From: Heptranchias perlo
Taxonomy: Eukaryota
Reading direction: 5' to 3'
DNA length: 64,000 nucleotides
NCBI RefSeq assembly: GCF_035084215.1
Contig: NC_090325.1
Coordinates: 112,902,001-112,966,000 of the forward strand
This document shows, piece by piece, positions 1-14,559 of the stretch. Position 1 is the stretch's first letter; every line of letters begins with the position of its first letter. The position numbers and the translations under genes are program-made. Below the pieces are notes generated by a model. It saw only the letters and a list, made by a program, of their open reading frames with translations. It did no database searches and was not told the DNA's origin.

Positions 1-2750
1 GTGTTAAATAAGGTTGGTGAGCTGCAGGTGCAAATAGCCACATGGGAATATGATGCTCAAAAAAGGGCAGGATTGGATACTAAATATTCCTGGATACAAG
101 GTGTTCAGGAAAGATAGGGAAGTAAAAAAGGAGGGGGGGGGTGTTGGCAGTATTGATTAAGGAGAATATTGCAGTGCTGGAGAGAGAGGAGTCCTTGAGG
201 GCTCAAGGACAGAATCTATTTGGTTAGAGTTAAGAAACAATAGAGGTGCCATTACACTACAGGGTATATTCTATAGGCCACCAACTAGTGGGAAGGATAT
301 AGAGGAGCAAATTTGCGGGGCAATTACAGAGAAGTGCAAAAACTGTAGAGTATTGATAATGGGGGACTTCAACTATCCTAATATAGACTGGGATAGTAGT
401 AGTGTAAAGGGCAAAGAAGGGGAGGAATTTCTGAAGTGTGTTCAGGAGAACTTTCTTGATCAGTATGTTTCCGGCCCAAAGAGGAAGGAGGCATTGCTGG
501 ATCTGGTTCTGGAGCAAGTTTCCATGGGGGAGCATTTAGGGAACAGTGATCATAGTATCATAAGGTTTAGATTAGTTATGGAAAAGGACAAGGAGCAATC
601 TAGAGTAAAAATACTTAATTGGAGGAGGGCAAATTTCAGTGGGTTGAGAACAGATTTGGCCCAGCTAAATTGGAATCAAAGATAGGTAGGCAAAACTCTA
701 ATCAAACAATGGGCAGCCTTTCAAGAGGCGATAGTTCGGGTACAGTTTAGGTACATTCCCACCCAATGGAAAAGGTAGGGCAACCAAAGCCAGAGCTCCC
801 TGAATGATGATAGAGATAGAGAGTAAGATGAAGCAGAAAAGAGGGCATATGACAGATGTCAGTTTGATAATACAAGTGAGAACCAGGCTGAATATAGAAA
901 GTACAGAGGAGAAGTGAAAAAGGAAATAAGAGGGGCAAAGAGAGAGTATGAGAATAGATTGGCGGCAAACATAAAAGGGAATCCAAAAGTCTTCTACAAG
1001 CATATAAATAATAAACGGGTAGTAAGAGGAGGGGTGGGGCCGATTAGGGACCAAAATGGAGGCAGAGGGCATGGTTGAGGTACTAAATGAGTACTTTGCA
1101 TCTGTCTTTACCAAAGAAGAAGAAGAGGAGGTAGTTGAGATACTGAATGGCCTAAAAGTTGATAAAGGGGAGGTACTAGAAAGGCTGGCTGTAGTTAAAG
1201 TAGATAAGTCACCCAGTCCGGATGGGATACATCCTAGGTTGCTGAGAGAAGTAAGGGTGGAAATTGCAGAGGTGCTGGCCATAATCTTCCAATCCTCCGT
1301 AGACATGGGGGTGGTGCCAAAGGACTGGAGAATTGCAAAGGTTACACCTTTGTTCAAAAAAGGGTGTAAGGTTAAACCTGGCAACTATAGGCAAGTCAGT
1401 GGTGGGGAAGCTTTTAGAAATGATAATCCAGGACAAAATTAATAGTCACTTGGACAAGTGTGGATTAAAAAGGAAAGCCAACATGGATTTGTTAAAGGCA
1501 AATTGTGTTTAACTAACATGATTGAGTTTTTTGATGAGGTAACAGGGAAGGTTGATGAGGGTAATGCGATTAATGTGTATATGGACTTTCAAAAGGCGTT
1601 TGATAAAGTGCCACATAGTAGACTTGTCAGCAAAATTGAAGCCCATGGAATAATAGGGGCAGTGGCAGCATGGATACAGGAAAGTGACAGGAAACAGAGA
1701 GTAATCGTGAACGGTTGTTTTTCAGACTGGAGGAAAGCATATAGTGGTGTTCCCCAGGGGTCGATACTAGGACCACTGCTTTTTTTTATATAAATTAATG
1801 ACTTGGGTGTACAGGGCACAATTTCAAAATTTGCAAATGACACAAAAATTGGAAGAATGGTAAATAATGAGGAGGATAGTAATAGACTTCAAGAGACTAT
1901 AGACAGGCTGGTGGAATGGGCGGGCACATGGCAGATGCAATTTAACGCAGAGAAGTGTGAAGTGATACATTTTGGCAGGAAGAATGAGGAGAGGCAATAT
2001 AAACTAAATGGTACAATTCTAAAGGGGCTGTAGGAACAGAGAGACCTGGGGGTATATCTGCACAAATCTTTGAAGGTGGCAGGACAGGTTGAGAAAGCGG
2101 TTAAAAAAACATACAGGATCCTAGGCTTTATAAATAGAGGCATAGAGTACAAAAGCAAGGAAGTTATGTTGAACCTTTATAAAACACTGGTTCGTCCACA
2201 ACTGGAATATTATGTCCAATTCTGGGCACCACACTTTAGGAAGGATGTGAAGGCCTTGGAGAGGGTGCGGCAAAGATTTACTGGAATGGTTCCAGGGATG
2301 AGGGACTTCAGTTACGTGGATAGACTGGAGAAGCTGGGTTGTTCTCCTTAGAGTGGAGAAAGTTGAGAGGCGATTTGAAAGAAGTGTTCAAAATCATGAA
2401 GGGTTTAGATCAAGTAAATAAAGAGAAACTGTTCTCTTTGGCGGAAGGGTCAAGAACCAGAGGACACAGATTTAAGGTGATTGGCAAAAGAACCAAAGGC
2501 GACGTGAGGAAAAACTTTTTTTACACAGCAAGTAGTTATAATCTGGAATGTGCTGCCTAAAAGGGTGGTGGAAGCAGATTCAACCATGGCTTTCAAAAAG
2601 GAATTGGATAAATACTTGAAGGGAAAAAGTCTGCAGGGCTACGGAGAAAGAGTGGGGGAATGGAACTAACTGGATTGCTCTTACAAAGAGCCAAGATGGG
2701 CTCGATGGGCCGAATGGCTGCCTTCTGTGCTGTAACCATTCTGTGATTTT
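1..2750 (+). mobile_element. CR1-type LINE, decayed ORF2 (APE endonuclease + reverse transcriptase) with 3' UTR; probably extends upstream of the window
   Basis: ORF fragments carry IMGDFNYPNIDW, SDH, KSPSPDGIHPR, QHGF, YMDFQKAFDKVPH, GVPQGSILGP and KFANDTK motifs, with many stops and frameshifts; CR1-like 3' end near 2740. Confidence 0.95.
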
Positions 2751-4359
2751 ACGCACAGCAAAAGATCAAAAGCATGCTGATACGGAACCTCTTCAACTGC
2801 TACAGGTTGACCTTCTCCTCAACAGTTATCAATATAGTAAATTCCAAAATAATCTGAAGTGTTTCAGGTTGTGTAATGATATAATTCTCTACTGAAGCTG
2901 CACATGTATTTAGAAACAGAAATTGCTTCTCTGCAAGACTTTCCTGCAACTTGATGTAGTGATTTGAACTGTCTATTGATGACTTTTCCCAGATGGTACA
3001 TTGCTAATCTTTGTTGAGCTCATCTTGCAGAGTCGGGTTCTCTAACCAGTGGTTCACTGTGACCATTTCAGGTCACATTTCTTCACCCTCACTAACTGTT
3101 CACGGACTGTTGCAGTAGGCTGTGGAGGGGATCACTGTGACTCATCTATCCTTTGACTTAGTGGGGGGGGGGGGGGAAGTCCAGGGTAAACAATCTAGTA
3201 AGTGACAAAGAGGACAAAAAAGGAAGTAAGAAATAAACAAAAATAATTTTATTTATAATTTATTTCTGCTAGCATCCCTTTTCAGAAAAACAAAATTGAA
3301 CCAGTTACATACTTTGTCTGCAGTGTGTAAAAACTGTTGTTAGCTTGAATTATGCTGCCATCTGTTCTTTTGTTTATATTGCCTGTAAAACAAAATGTCA
3401 AATCTACTGAGTATTAGGTGTACAATAGGATGATTCCAAATGAACATAATGCAGCATTTTTACAATGCATACATTGCAGGGATGTGATCTTCTTGCCATG
3501 AAACCTAGGGCCAAAGCCTACACTACAAAACACCACCAAGGTTGAAAAGCGTAGATGAGAACATTAGATAAGAAGCAAGAGTTAGTTGACGTTAAACTTA
3601 GATTTTAAGATTGTTGGAGGGAAAGACGGCCACAGTTTTGATGTTAGAAGATGGCGCAATGGTTTCAACATAGTGGGGATCCAGGGAGGGAAGCTTTTGA
3701 CTGATGTTTATTTAATTCTTTTTGCTTCAGTTTAGGGTTACTTTTAGGGTTGTGAATTAGTTTTAAAGTAATGACATCCACTTACTTCTGTATGGAAATC
3801 TACAAAATGTGGGGAATGTATATGTCTGCATGTATATGAGTATAAGTGAGATTAATCCGTATGTGGGTGTGTTCTGCACACATTAGTGCTTATTATCAAA
3901 ACCCCAAAATGACCGCAAATCCCCACATTTATAAGATAACATAATTTTCCTACACGCTAAAGGATTTTGCTGTATTTTCACTTTGTTTATTGGAGCTCTT
4001 AAGCTTTACTTAGTATGATTAGGGTTGGAGTCAGATGGTCTTAACTATGATTACTTTGGAGTAGGGGAAAATTGGGTGGCACAAAAGTTTAAAACAATGT
4101 ATTTTCATCTCTAGCACCTGGGTTTGAAAGCAGTCAAATGAGATGATTTCTCTCCTCTCTTTTCCAGCAGTAATGTCCTAAGTGAAATGAGGTTGCATAA
4201 TTCTCAATACAGTTCTTGGTGAACACGAGCCTAAAGCACAGAATTGTTCATACTTTGTCCAAATACCAAGTTATCCATTTCATTAATAGAGGTTATAAGG
4301 ATTGCTGGTGTGGAAAATATAACATTTCACACTTGTGTAGTAGGGATACTGTTTCTAGG

Positions 4360-4765
4360 TTGGTTTAAGGCACGTGGCCAAGATTGTGGCTTCAAACCCA
4401 CGCCAGGACCTGAGCACCTAATCTAGGCTGATACATCATTGCAGTTCTGAGGGACTGCTGCATTGTCAGAGGTGCCGTCTTTCAGATGAGACATTAAACC
4501 AAGGCCTTGTTTACTTATTCAGGTGGACATAAAAGATCCCAGTGCATTTTTTTGAAGAACAGCGGGAAATTCATCCCTCAATCAACACCACCAAAACATA
4601 TTAATTGGTCATTCATCTCATTGCGGTTTGTGGGCAAATTGACTGCCACATTTGCCTAAATAACAACAGTGACTCCCTTCAAAAGCAAGTAATTGGCTGT
4701 GAAGCGCTTTTGGACATCCAGAGTTCATGAAAGACGATATATAAATGCAAGTTGTTTCTTTTTTT
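4360..4765 (+). mobile_element. tRNA-derived SINE (DeuSINE/SacSINE-like) with L2-type tail
   Basis: B-box-like ggcttcaaaccc, core ctgagggactgctgcattgtcagaggtgccgtcttt and tail atataaatgcaagtt; homologous to the inverted copy at 14560-14965. Confidence 0.75.
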
Positions 4766-6496
4766 AATGTAGAGGTAGCTTGCCTCTGTATTTGACTTCT
4801 ACATGCAACATTTGCCTTGGAAATACTGGATACTAACACTGCATGCAAAACATGGGCAAATGTTCCATTCCACAGCAGTTATACCCTTCACCTTAATGAG
4901 CACAACATTTCTGAAAAACTGACAGAAACAATGTATTTGGAGTAACATTTTGCCAACTCAGTGATGTGACTGAACTTTATAAATGTTCAATTTCTGAAGC
5001 TGATGGTAATAGTGTGTAGCCAGGAAAAGGATTATTAACAGAAATTTATGGTATATAAGTTATTGGTGAGTTTAGCAGGGAACAAACATCGTGAAGAATA
5101 ATAATGAGCAATGTATGAAAACAGGGCAAGAATTCGTAATGCACTCGACTGGACTTCTAACTCCTCTAGTGGCAGCATCTGGTATAACATTTTAAAAACT
5201 CTTCCTTTATTCAGTTGAACACATAGCTAGTTTATATACAAATGTAATTCTTTAGGTTAGGGCTTGTAATGTTTGCACCTCAATCCATGTGGTTATGCTC
5301 TGTCAAATTGAATCTAATAGTCTGTCTATTTGGATTTTTTTTTCTTAAAGCAATTTTTCTTTGACAAGTTACCCTTATATTTATCTAATGATAGTTGCAT
5401 CCAGTTTGGAAACCCTTAAATTATGAAAGTAAGATGAAATGACACACCTTATATAATTGTTACCAAAATTATATTTTAAGAAATTTAACATCTGACAGAT
5501 TAGGATTAACATGCGCTGCTGTCATTAAACTAAATTAGACAACAAATTGACTGGGCTCTGAAAAGAGGAAAAAATAAGTGGAATGTTATTAATAAATCAA
5601 GACCATATATTGAAATGTGATTGCCTTTCCTGATTCAAAATTATTTTAAACGAGTGACTGGAAAGCAGTTGTACACAATTGAATTCTACAAGGTAGATCT
5701 TTGTCTTTGCCTGGGCAGCAATCCATGGAATGAAAGCTGGGCAGGTCCTAAAAGGATAGGAAACCCACTCCGCGAGATTACAGCCCAGATGAAAGCAATG
5801 TTCTACCAGAGACCTATGACCTTTGAGATGCAGCTCTCCTAGATTTTGTTTGTGGTGTGCCCTACCGTTCTTTTTTGGGTTCACTGGGAGCACCAATAGT
5901 ATAGGGGAGGGGCTGCATTTTGTGCTATCTCTGGCGGCAGCTCTCAAAACCCACAAAAAAAATCGGGTTCTTAGGCACAGGGTTCACCTCCTTTCAATCA
6001 GCATGTACCATTACTGTCAGAAGTACCAAAGTAAAAAGGGATAGATCACAGACCCCGCCACACAACGATGAATCTGGGCTCTATTCTTTTTATAACTCCA
6101 AACTGCATCATCAAAATGTCCTGGTAATTATGAAGGCAAATTCTAGGAACATGTACATTTTATTAGAAAGGCTGTGGTAACACTCAACACTACAGAGTGA
6201 GCATGCAGCAAGTTTGAGCGGCCATGTTGAGCAGAGACTCCAGTGTTTGTCAGCACAGTAAAGGGGGGAAAGAAAGAATTGTGGCTGGGCGGCCTGGTGC
6301 CTCCTGACAACCAGTTACAAGATTGGCAGTATTGTGGGTGATGGCCCGGGATCTGCCCCCTCGACTGCAAAGGTGTTGGGACAACCAGAGCCAGAGGGGA
6401 ATAAAAATGAGATAAGTTACAGAGAAAAGGGGCAAACATACCCAGAAAATAACCCCAGTGCTTAAAAAAAAATGTTTTAGGAAGGTGACAGATTTA

Positions 6497-6600
6497 GGAC
6501 ATAGGAACATAGGAACAGGAGTAGGCCATTCAGCCCCTCGATCCTGCTCCGCCATTTGATAAGATCATGGCTGATCTGTGATCTAACTCCATATACCCGC
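6497..6600 (-). mobile_element. CR1 3' tail fragment (severely 5'-truncated)
   Basis: (ataggaac)n tail and 3' UTR nearly identical to the start of the 33915 copy. Confidence 0.85.
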
Positions 6601-7655
6601 CTCTGAAGCTAAAGGAACTGGTCTTGTAAAAATATCCCAACTCAGTGATCCATGGGCCCAAGTTACTTATTTTTAAAGCAGATACTTCTTCTACTCAGCA
6701 AGTGACAAGCACGGGTACATGTCACATTTCCTCAGCCAAACACTGGATAATAAAGGTACGACAACAGTACAATAGGACCGATGGTGTACGCATGCAATTC
6801 TGTCTATTGCTACAATCCATATTATAAATGGCCAGACATTTGGGAAACCAACATCCTCCTAGACCCATGAAAATGTGGGTCTATGAATATACTGTCAGGT
6901 CCATTATATAAATTAGGTTGGTGCTACAAAGGGTAGGCAATCCGCTTCGCCAGAATAACCCTCTGTATAATTACTGGTTACCTTTTGGGCTTCGTCAAGC
7001 ATAAATGACATGTTCTAAACCTACTGCTATTTTCTAGTTTGTGAAGGAAAAAGTCAATAAGCGTCACAATCAAAAGTCTTGTGTCTAGCATGTTTCTACA
7101 GAATCATATTTTTAAAAGGTGTCACACCTGGAAGTATGGTCTCAGGGTGCCACTTCTCCAAAAGAAAATCACATGTCCCTCGGGTAGAAAATCATGAGTG
7201 GCTCAAATAACCACTTTTCTGATAAATTGCCAGTTAAATATCTGATTGACTATTTTGTGAAAGAGTCAAAGAAGCAAAAAGTATGAACGAGGAATGAGTA
7301 GCCAGCAGAAAATTGAAGAATCACATCCCTCAGTTTTTTTGCGAAGTTACCGTTCATGAACCAGCAAGCACCATAAAACCAAACAATCAAATTACTCAAC
7401 TACCTTCTTCACATTGTTTTCAAACATCATTTTCCTTCTTCACCCGGGGATGCGTTTGCAATTAAAATAGCACTTATACCATAACAAATAGGAAAAAAAT
7501 TGCACAATTGTATTCTGAAAACAATCACTAAAAGTTGATTATTAAATGTTTCAAAATTCGTGCAAGTTTCCTTTCTGTCTGGGGTCCAGGGATTAAGTTG
7601 GAAATGTCACCTGGGCCTTGAGTGCCCAGATTTACAGCAGTTTTGTGTTTCTTTA

Positions 7656-7712
7656 TTGTGTGTGTGTGAATGTGTACGTGCAAGACAGACAGACAGAGAG
7701 AGAGAGAGAGTG
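7656..7712. repeat. (TG)n/(GACA)n/(GA)n compound microsatellite
   Basis: Visible directly in the sequence. Confidence 0.85.
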
Positions 7713-8135
7713 AGAAATACATCTCAGGAGTTGCAGTTTTCACCCTGTACCCAGAGTGTACTGTAACAATCAGGCAGATAATTTACAAATAACAACTGGA
7801 AGGCATGGCAGGCAGAGAACAATAACACAAGGAAAAGGATTTCATTTTTTTCCAGCATTTTATGCAGTTTCCGTTACTGGGTTAAAAATTCTAAGCTAAC
7901 TTTTTTTATATCGCTGAGGGGGAAATTGATTTTTGCGCTGGGGCCAGAAAGGACAGTCCATGAAGCACTTCGATGCTGACCTCAAGTTTTGTGGCTGAAT
8001 CATGGAGAATGACGACCAGTTCAGATGCTGGGTCATTGGAGATTTGAGAGTGAGAAAAACTTACTTGGACAGTGCTACATCAGGGGCACTTTCAAGAAAT
8101 ACAAATCCACTGTGGAAAGTAAAGGGGAGAAAATA

Positions 8136-8701
8136 GGACCAATTTTAACTAAGCCTGCCCATCGCAAACGGGGCAGTAGCAGAGTTAAAATAGCTGTGGT
8201 GAAGTTACCGCTCTGTTCTCACACAACCACCAAATTTACTGGGGCCTTCCGCTGGGTTGCACAGACACCCACCTGGATCATGACATACATAGGACCCCGA
8301 TGCAATTTAGAGGGACAACTGGGTGGAGCATGTGCTGTGCACACTCTGTTCACCGGGCGGTGAAGAGGAAAACGCCCCAAAAACATAAGTAGATCATTTT
8401 TTGTGGGGCGAGGAGGAGCAGGCATGCGTCTCCGGACTCCACAAGAATAATGTTGGCTGCTGGAGCTCCGGGTACCACCACTTTGATTGGCCCCATCCCC
8501 CAGACCTACCTGCCTACAGATCAGGTCAGCCTCTGGGCCATCCAATATTGCGCTGGCCCGGAGACGGCAAGCTGCAGCGGGATACCTGTTCGGGGCGTGC
8601 TGCATGGTCCTCAAAATGGACCAGACCTCTCACCGGCAGGAACTGGGGCGGGCGTTCTACCCGCTGCCTGCCCGTTCCATGCTTGGATTTAAAATCTACG
8701 C
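8136..8701. mobile_element. Non-autonomous DNA transposon (Harbinger-like MITE)
   Basis: Ends ggaccaattttaac...ttaaaatctacgc; interior homologous to the reverse complement of 10954-11508 (gacatacataggacccc...gggacaactgggtggagcatg). Confidence 0.6.
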
Positions 8702-10953
8702 TGATGTATCTTTTATCATCATGTGCAGTGGAGCTTTCACTTAATGCTACAAAGGTTCTTTTTAACACGGTTAAATGGATTAGAAAGAAACTTGGGCATG
8801 AAGGGACAAAATGGACTACTGGCTCTGAAAACCCCTGGCCGTTCCAGTGGACATCCATTGTAAGTCTCAGCCTTGCATCAACGTTTCTGGGGTGACATTA
8901 GGTGGGACATCAGTGTGAAGGGGGGATATGGGACTTCTTATACCAAGAGTTCCCGCTCCTAAGCTCCAGACATACCTGACCAAATGGGAGGGAAGTGGGG
9001 CCCACTTGGGAATCCAGCCTGGAGTTTGTGGCCTGGACCTCTGAAGACGACAGTAAAGAATTTTTACCTGCAGAGCAGGGTGGGGGTGGAGGGGGAAGTG
9101 GATTGAAGTGAGACTCTTTGTAAGGGGGCCGCAGGGGCACGCAGGCACCCTCCTCCCGGACCATCCAGCTGCCACTGTTTTTTCCTATAATCTCCGTTGG
9201 AAGGGCATTACAGATGCACGCCCACACCGCCAAACGCCTGCTTCTCCTAGCTCCCTGACCATGCAAACTTTGGCATGGTCAGCGGTGGTGACCGCAAGCA
9301 GGTGCATCCCAGCACTTATACCAGGAAGTGGCACCCCACAGATTTTAAGGGCCATTATCTGTTCTTGATTTTTGAAGAATAAATCAAATAGGCAGAATGA
9401 CCTGGTAACTTGCCATTTGGGCATCCACTGCTGCACTGCGTTTATTAGCAGTGGCATCTATTTATACAGGAAGCTAAATTATCCTTGGATTTTCATCGGG
9501 TTCAGCCAATGTACTGTGCCGCAGCTAAACTAAATATTAAAATAATAAATTGTTTCACTGGCACAAACTCAAGACAAACAATGGTGGGTGGGTGGCAATA
9601 GAAACAAAAACATGTCAATAATCCAGTTAGATTTCTAGGATTGCTCAGCCCAATTCTTATCCTCCTAGTTAATGAAGAATTAGGAACACAGCATTGTGGC
9701 ATGAATTGTATCCAACCCAAAAGAGAGCTGGAAAAGAGTTATCTGGGAAAATGTATGCAAGCAGTGCCATAGGCCATCTTTGACAGTGTTACAGGTGGTG
9801 GAGAGGAAGGATGTTTGAAACCAACTGGTTCAGCCCTAAGGACAAGAGGAAATGGAATTATGCTGGTAGCTATGAGAAAGGGGAAGTTCAGGGCAACAGG
9901 AGGTAAAAAGAACATTGGAACAACTGGTTTTAGTTATTTAACCTGTTCATTGCAGGTGCCAACTCAATATTGAAATCTGATATTATGTCCACATTTGTAC
10001 ACACAGACGCAAGTATGCACATACGCACATGCACACGCACGCACGCACCAAACTAGGAAACTGGCAAAAGCTGACTGACAGCTTCAAAGTAAAGACTCTT
10101 GCATCAGAACAATCGGATTCCTTTGTGACATAGTTCAGGGGGTGTAGGTTGCTAGTAGTGGGCCAGTCCTGCATATTATTTATTTAAACATTAGAATAGT
10201 AGAGTGTTTAGACTAATTGCCATGGGGTCATGCCATGTGCAGTGGAGCCTTCACTTTAATGCTACAGAAATCCTTTTTAACACAATTAAATGGATTAAAA
10301 AGAAACTTGGCTGTGATGGAACAAAAAGCTCACAGACCAAAAACAGCCCTAAATATAGGCCTGGTGACCTGAAGGTGAAGCATCAGACCAAATGCTGCAG
10401 TAGTGGGTTTAAAATTTACTGAGGGACAATGTGTGTGCTGAAGGCAGGAGCTTCATTTTAGAGGGCGATCTGGGGGCATCCTCAGAAAAGTTTGGTTTTT
10501 GCCACTTCATTTGATGCATTTGCTGACATTATAAATTGAGCATGTTGTGATTCTGCCTTTCAAGCCAAAAATAATTTCTCCTGGAAGGGTTACAAGTTTT
10601 TTAAATATAAAGATGAAGATAAATGTACAGACTTTAATGCAACTTTACTGAGTCCAATAAATCTGGCCTCAGATAGACCATGTTACTTTGTGAACATAAA
10701 TCGTTTATTACACACTCCAAGCAGCCGTGTATTCTACATGCACAAAACAAAACTAGACCGCTATTCCATCTACCCCTATCCCTGACCCCATAACATCCCA
10801 GAGGCAGGAGTGGTATTGCATGAATTAAGGGCATGCTGATTTAACTATTTTAAATAAACAACTTGAAATGGCCGGAAGCTAAATATGCCAGGTACCAGCC
10901 TTGTGCCCATGGGCAGGGATTCCCAACATGGGAATACCCATAGCTCACACATG

Positions 10954-11508
10954 GGGGTAGAGTTTAAATATCGTGTGGCTGACCAGCGGAGCATGAGGGC
11001 CGAGCTCCCGATCCCACAGGCCTCGTTACCGTGCTACCGGCGAGCTGCAATGCCAAACAGGCACCTCACTGCAGCTCATCAGCTCCGGGCCAGCGCAATA
11101 TCGAGCGGCCGATTCGGCCGGAAGGAATGTAGTTCTGGCGGAAAGGGAGGGCTGACAATCGTGGTGGGGGTGACTGGGCGGCATTGCTGCACATTATTCT
11201 TGTGGAGCCTGTAGAATCACTCCTGCTCCTTTTGGCCCCACAAAAATAATTCTAAACTTACCTCTTCTGCTGTACTGCTTATTATAACTGGGTGGAGCAT
11301 GCACGGTGCACACTCCCCCCAGTTGTCCCTTGAAATTGCAATCTGGGTCCAATGTATGTTATTGGACACCGATTTGCATATTAAAAGAGGCTACTGCCTG
11401 AAACAGGCAGACGCCACCACCATCCAGTGCAAAGCCCTGAGAATGACTTTGGCCAGAGCGCCAGTGTAAACAAGGTGGTAAGCCATTACCCAAGTTAAAA
11501 TCTACCCC
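10954..11508. mobile_element. Harbinger-like MITE
   Basis: Terminal inverted repeats GGGGTAGAGTTTAA / TTAAAATCTACCCC. Confidence 0.7.
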
Positions 11509-11568
11509 GCGGTATCATGTTTCTGGATTTCTGATTGTGCTTCCATGGGGGAACGTCGGTATAATATA

Positions 11569-11710
11569 CAGTGAAACCTGTACAAACGGACACTCCCAAA
11601 ACATGGACACCTGCAAAAAACAGACAATTATTGACAGTCCCAAATAACTTGTATTGTAACAGATCCAAGCTGCACCTTGAAACCACGGACACCCGCTAAT
11701 TACAAACTAC
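11569..11710 (+). mobile_element. Possible pogo/Tigger-like DNA transposon end
   Basis: TA followed by CAGTGAAACCT with repeated ggacac subterminal motifs; partner end not found. Confidence 0.35.
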
Positions 11711-14559
11711 AGAGAGCCTTCATTGCAACAAGTCTGTTTGCAACTTAAAACTTGGGACCTGCAGGTCAGCGCTAGGCAGCAGCGGGTGAAACGGCTTTTG
11801 TAGAATGGGGAGCTGTTTACCCAGCATCCACAGCGGCAGAGAACCCGTGCTATCTCTGGGATTGAATGCTTGCATAGCTGTATCCCAGGGATAGAGTGGT
11901 TTCTCTGCCGCTAGGGATGCTGGGTAAAGAACTCCCCATTCAACAAAAGCTGGGAACTGCATCGGGCAACACCACATCTCACTCCACCAGTACATCAGGC
12001 TCACGAGCTGCTAACAGTCCCCTACCCACCATCCAGCACTTCAAACATTAGCAGCTGCAACACACGGAGGAAGGGGGTCCTAGACAGGGGTCTGCAGGAC
12101 ATTAATTCCCCCAAATTTGGCTGGGATCGCCCAGGCACTCCGACCCTACAGTTATAGGGCCAGAGTGCCTGGTTGTTAATACCTAAGCTGAAGGTGACTG
12201 GATTCATCTGAGTTCAGCAGGGGTAGTTGTTAGAGTCATCTGTTGAGGTTCTACATCCTGAAGTCAGAATTAACAAAAAAGATTGAAAAACCCACATTCA
12301 GAGTCAGTAAGGATGCAAAATCAGTCAAGTCTTTTAAAAACAGAAAGTTGCACGAGCAGTCAGGTCCAGCAAAGGCTGTGAGAAGGAAATAGATAGTAAT
12401 TGTTTTCTTCAAGTTGAGCAAGACGAGCCATCAATATGGGAAAGTATAGCTTGTTCCTTATTTTGTATTATTATACAAGTTATATTGATTGAACTAAGTG
12501 AATCTGATTATTCTGTTGCTCTGTATGTTAATGTGCTGTGAAATAAAGCAGCTTAAAAATTCACACCTGGCCTTGTCTCACTGAGTGTTTGCTTAGCTCA
12601 TCTTCGGAGAGATTGGAGAAGCACACGTGCAAAAAACATGAGTATCGAGTTCAGATCACCCCTTGGTTTTGCTATTGTATAGTTATATATTGGGCAGCAT
12701 GGGCACACCCCTAATGTAAGACACTCGGACCATTTATAGGAGTGACTGGCACTACTGCATCTGAGAACATCTAAGGAAAGACCTTGTAACGCATGGGCTA
12801 AAACGCTGACTGTCAGCTTAAAAAGTTAACGGTTGGCACACACACATGAACACATACACAGCCCTACATCCTGCTGGTATGCTTCCTCCTCCACCTGAAG
12901 CAGGAGGTGGGGAATGGACTGAGCTGCGCCCACATTGCTCCAGGTGCCTATCTGGCCATTCTGTGCTCCGTTGGCATTTCTGCCGTACCGGGATGGACTG
13001 TGTTGCACAGATCATCCCAGATGCCAGCAAAATTGATGCCATTTTATGCTGCATTGGCAAGAAGTGCACTTGGGAAGCATGAGACTGGCTGAGTTGCACA
13101 CATCACCCAGGTACCATCAACACTATTCCAGGACCAACAAATGGGTAGTGTGACCTGACAGGCTTGCTATGTTGTCACTTTCATCCTCCCTCCTTGCACC
13201 CATCCAAAATGTCACCTCCCAAGATGGAACAGTGTCCTCCTTCAAAAACCGTACTAACTTAACAAAGAATGAGCAAAACACATGTAATAAAAGGCAATTG
13301 GGTTTCCAACCCAGGCCATCTGGCTTTGGGTCTCATGTTTGACTGCAGAAACGCAGTCACATTAAAACTGTGATATTCTTTTGTTACCAGACAACTATTT
13401 TTTACAAAGCTGCCATATTAATCACTTTTGCGGTCTAATATATATTTTCTGAATTTACTTCCAGAAGAATGGATACTATAGCTTTTCATGAACAATATTA
13501 AACTGAATTTAAATCCTCCCGATTGACAGCAGCCGCTCGGTTCTCCAACTTCCGTAACGCTCTGTCAAAGCGTCTGCTTTACAACTTTTGCTGAAAAAGA
13601 TTCCAAAGATCTAATAGAAATATCGTTTGACAATTTATTCTAAAAAAAGTGCGAGTCGGCTTAGCTGTAACGGCCAACTACCGTTGAGGCCAACATTAGT
13701 ATCTAAAGCAACAATGAATGGGGTGTAATAGAAAATTCAGATGGATTTATGCAGTGTCGAAAAGACATGTGCCTTACCTGTAACATAACAGCACATTCTT
13801 TGTATGGGGAAATGTTTAGCTGTCAGTTTTAGCAGGTAAATCCTGAGATTAACGAAGGTAATAACATTCTTTTACAAGCCAGCAGTCATGTAGCACCTGC
13901 ACCCTGTAATTACCTTATTGGAATAGCATGTTTTCACGATTCTATCAGATGACGGCATTTAAACTTGAAAGTACCAAGGAGATCTTCGCATTTTGAAACG
14001 TTTAATGGTGGGAGGTTTTGTTCTTGCTGGAATGTGAGCAGCTACTGGAGAAAAGAACGATGTCCAGGATCGTTTCAACAACAAGAACCATACCACTTGC
14101 TCTTTCCACCTTTGGACACTATGAAATGCCCTATGTTATCTAAATCAATTTGCAAGCAAGGAAACCTGATGTGATAATCCATTATTATCGCATTGGAAAG
14201 AAATTAAGTGTAAACCAAAAACATTTCTGGCGCATCTTGCACTGTCAAAATGTCAGGATGGTGTTACGCTATCAGATGCTTAGGGTGAATGTCTTCATTA
14301 TCGCTGTCGACTCTGTGACAATATATCTCCAGCAGTGCTCTGGTACTGCAGATAATGGTGTTAAAGTTACCATTGCTACAGAATGTGGCCTGGGATGTTC
14401 CAGGTCTTGCACATTCTCCCGAGATGACCGCCAGGATGAAGTAAGGCTTTTAAACCCGTATTGATGTTTGCCAATTTTTTTTTTGTTTAGTTGAAGCCAT
14501 GAACAAAGTTTTAAATGAAAGGCTAAATGTAAAACAGTGTGTAGGAGACAAAATCAAAG

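Noticed and set aside
257-2158. Antisense ORFs over CR1 elements (also 29551-30695 and 45450-46442)
   Set aside because: Shadow frames of LINE ORF2 with no independent protein motifs.
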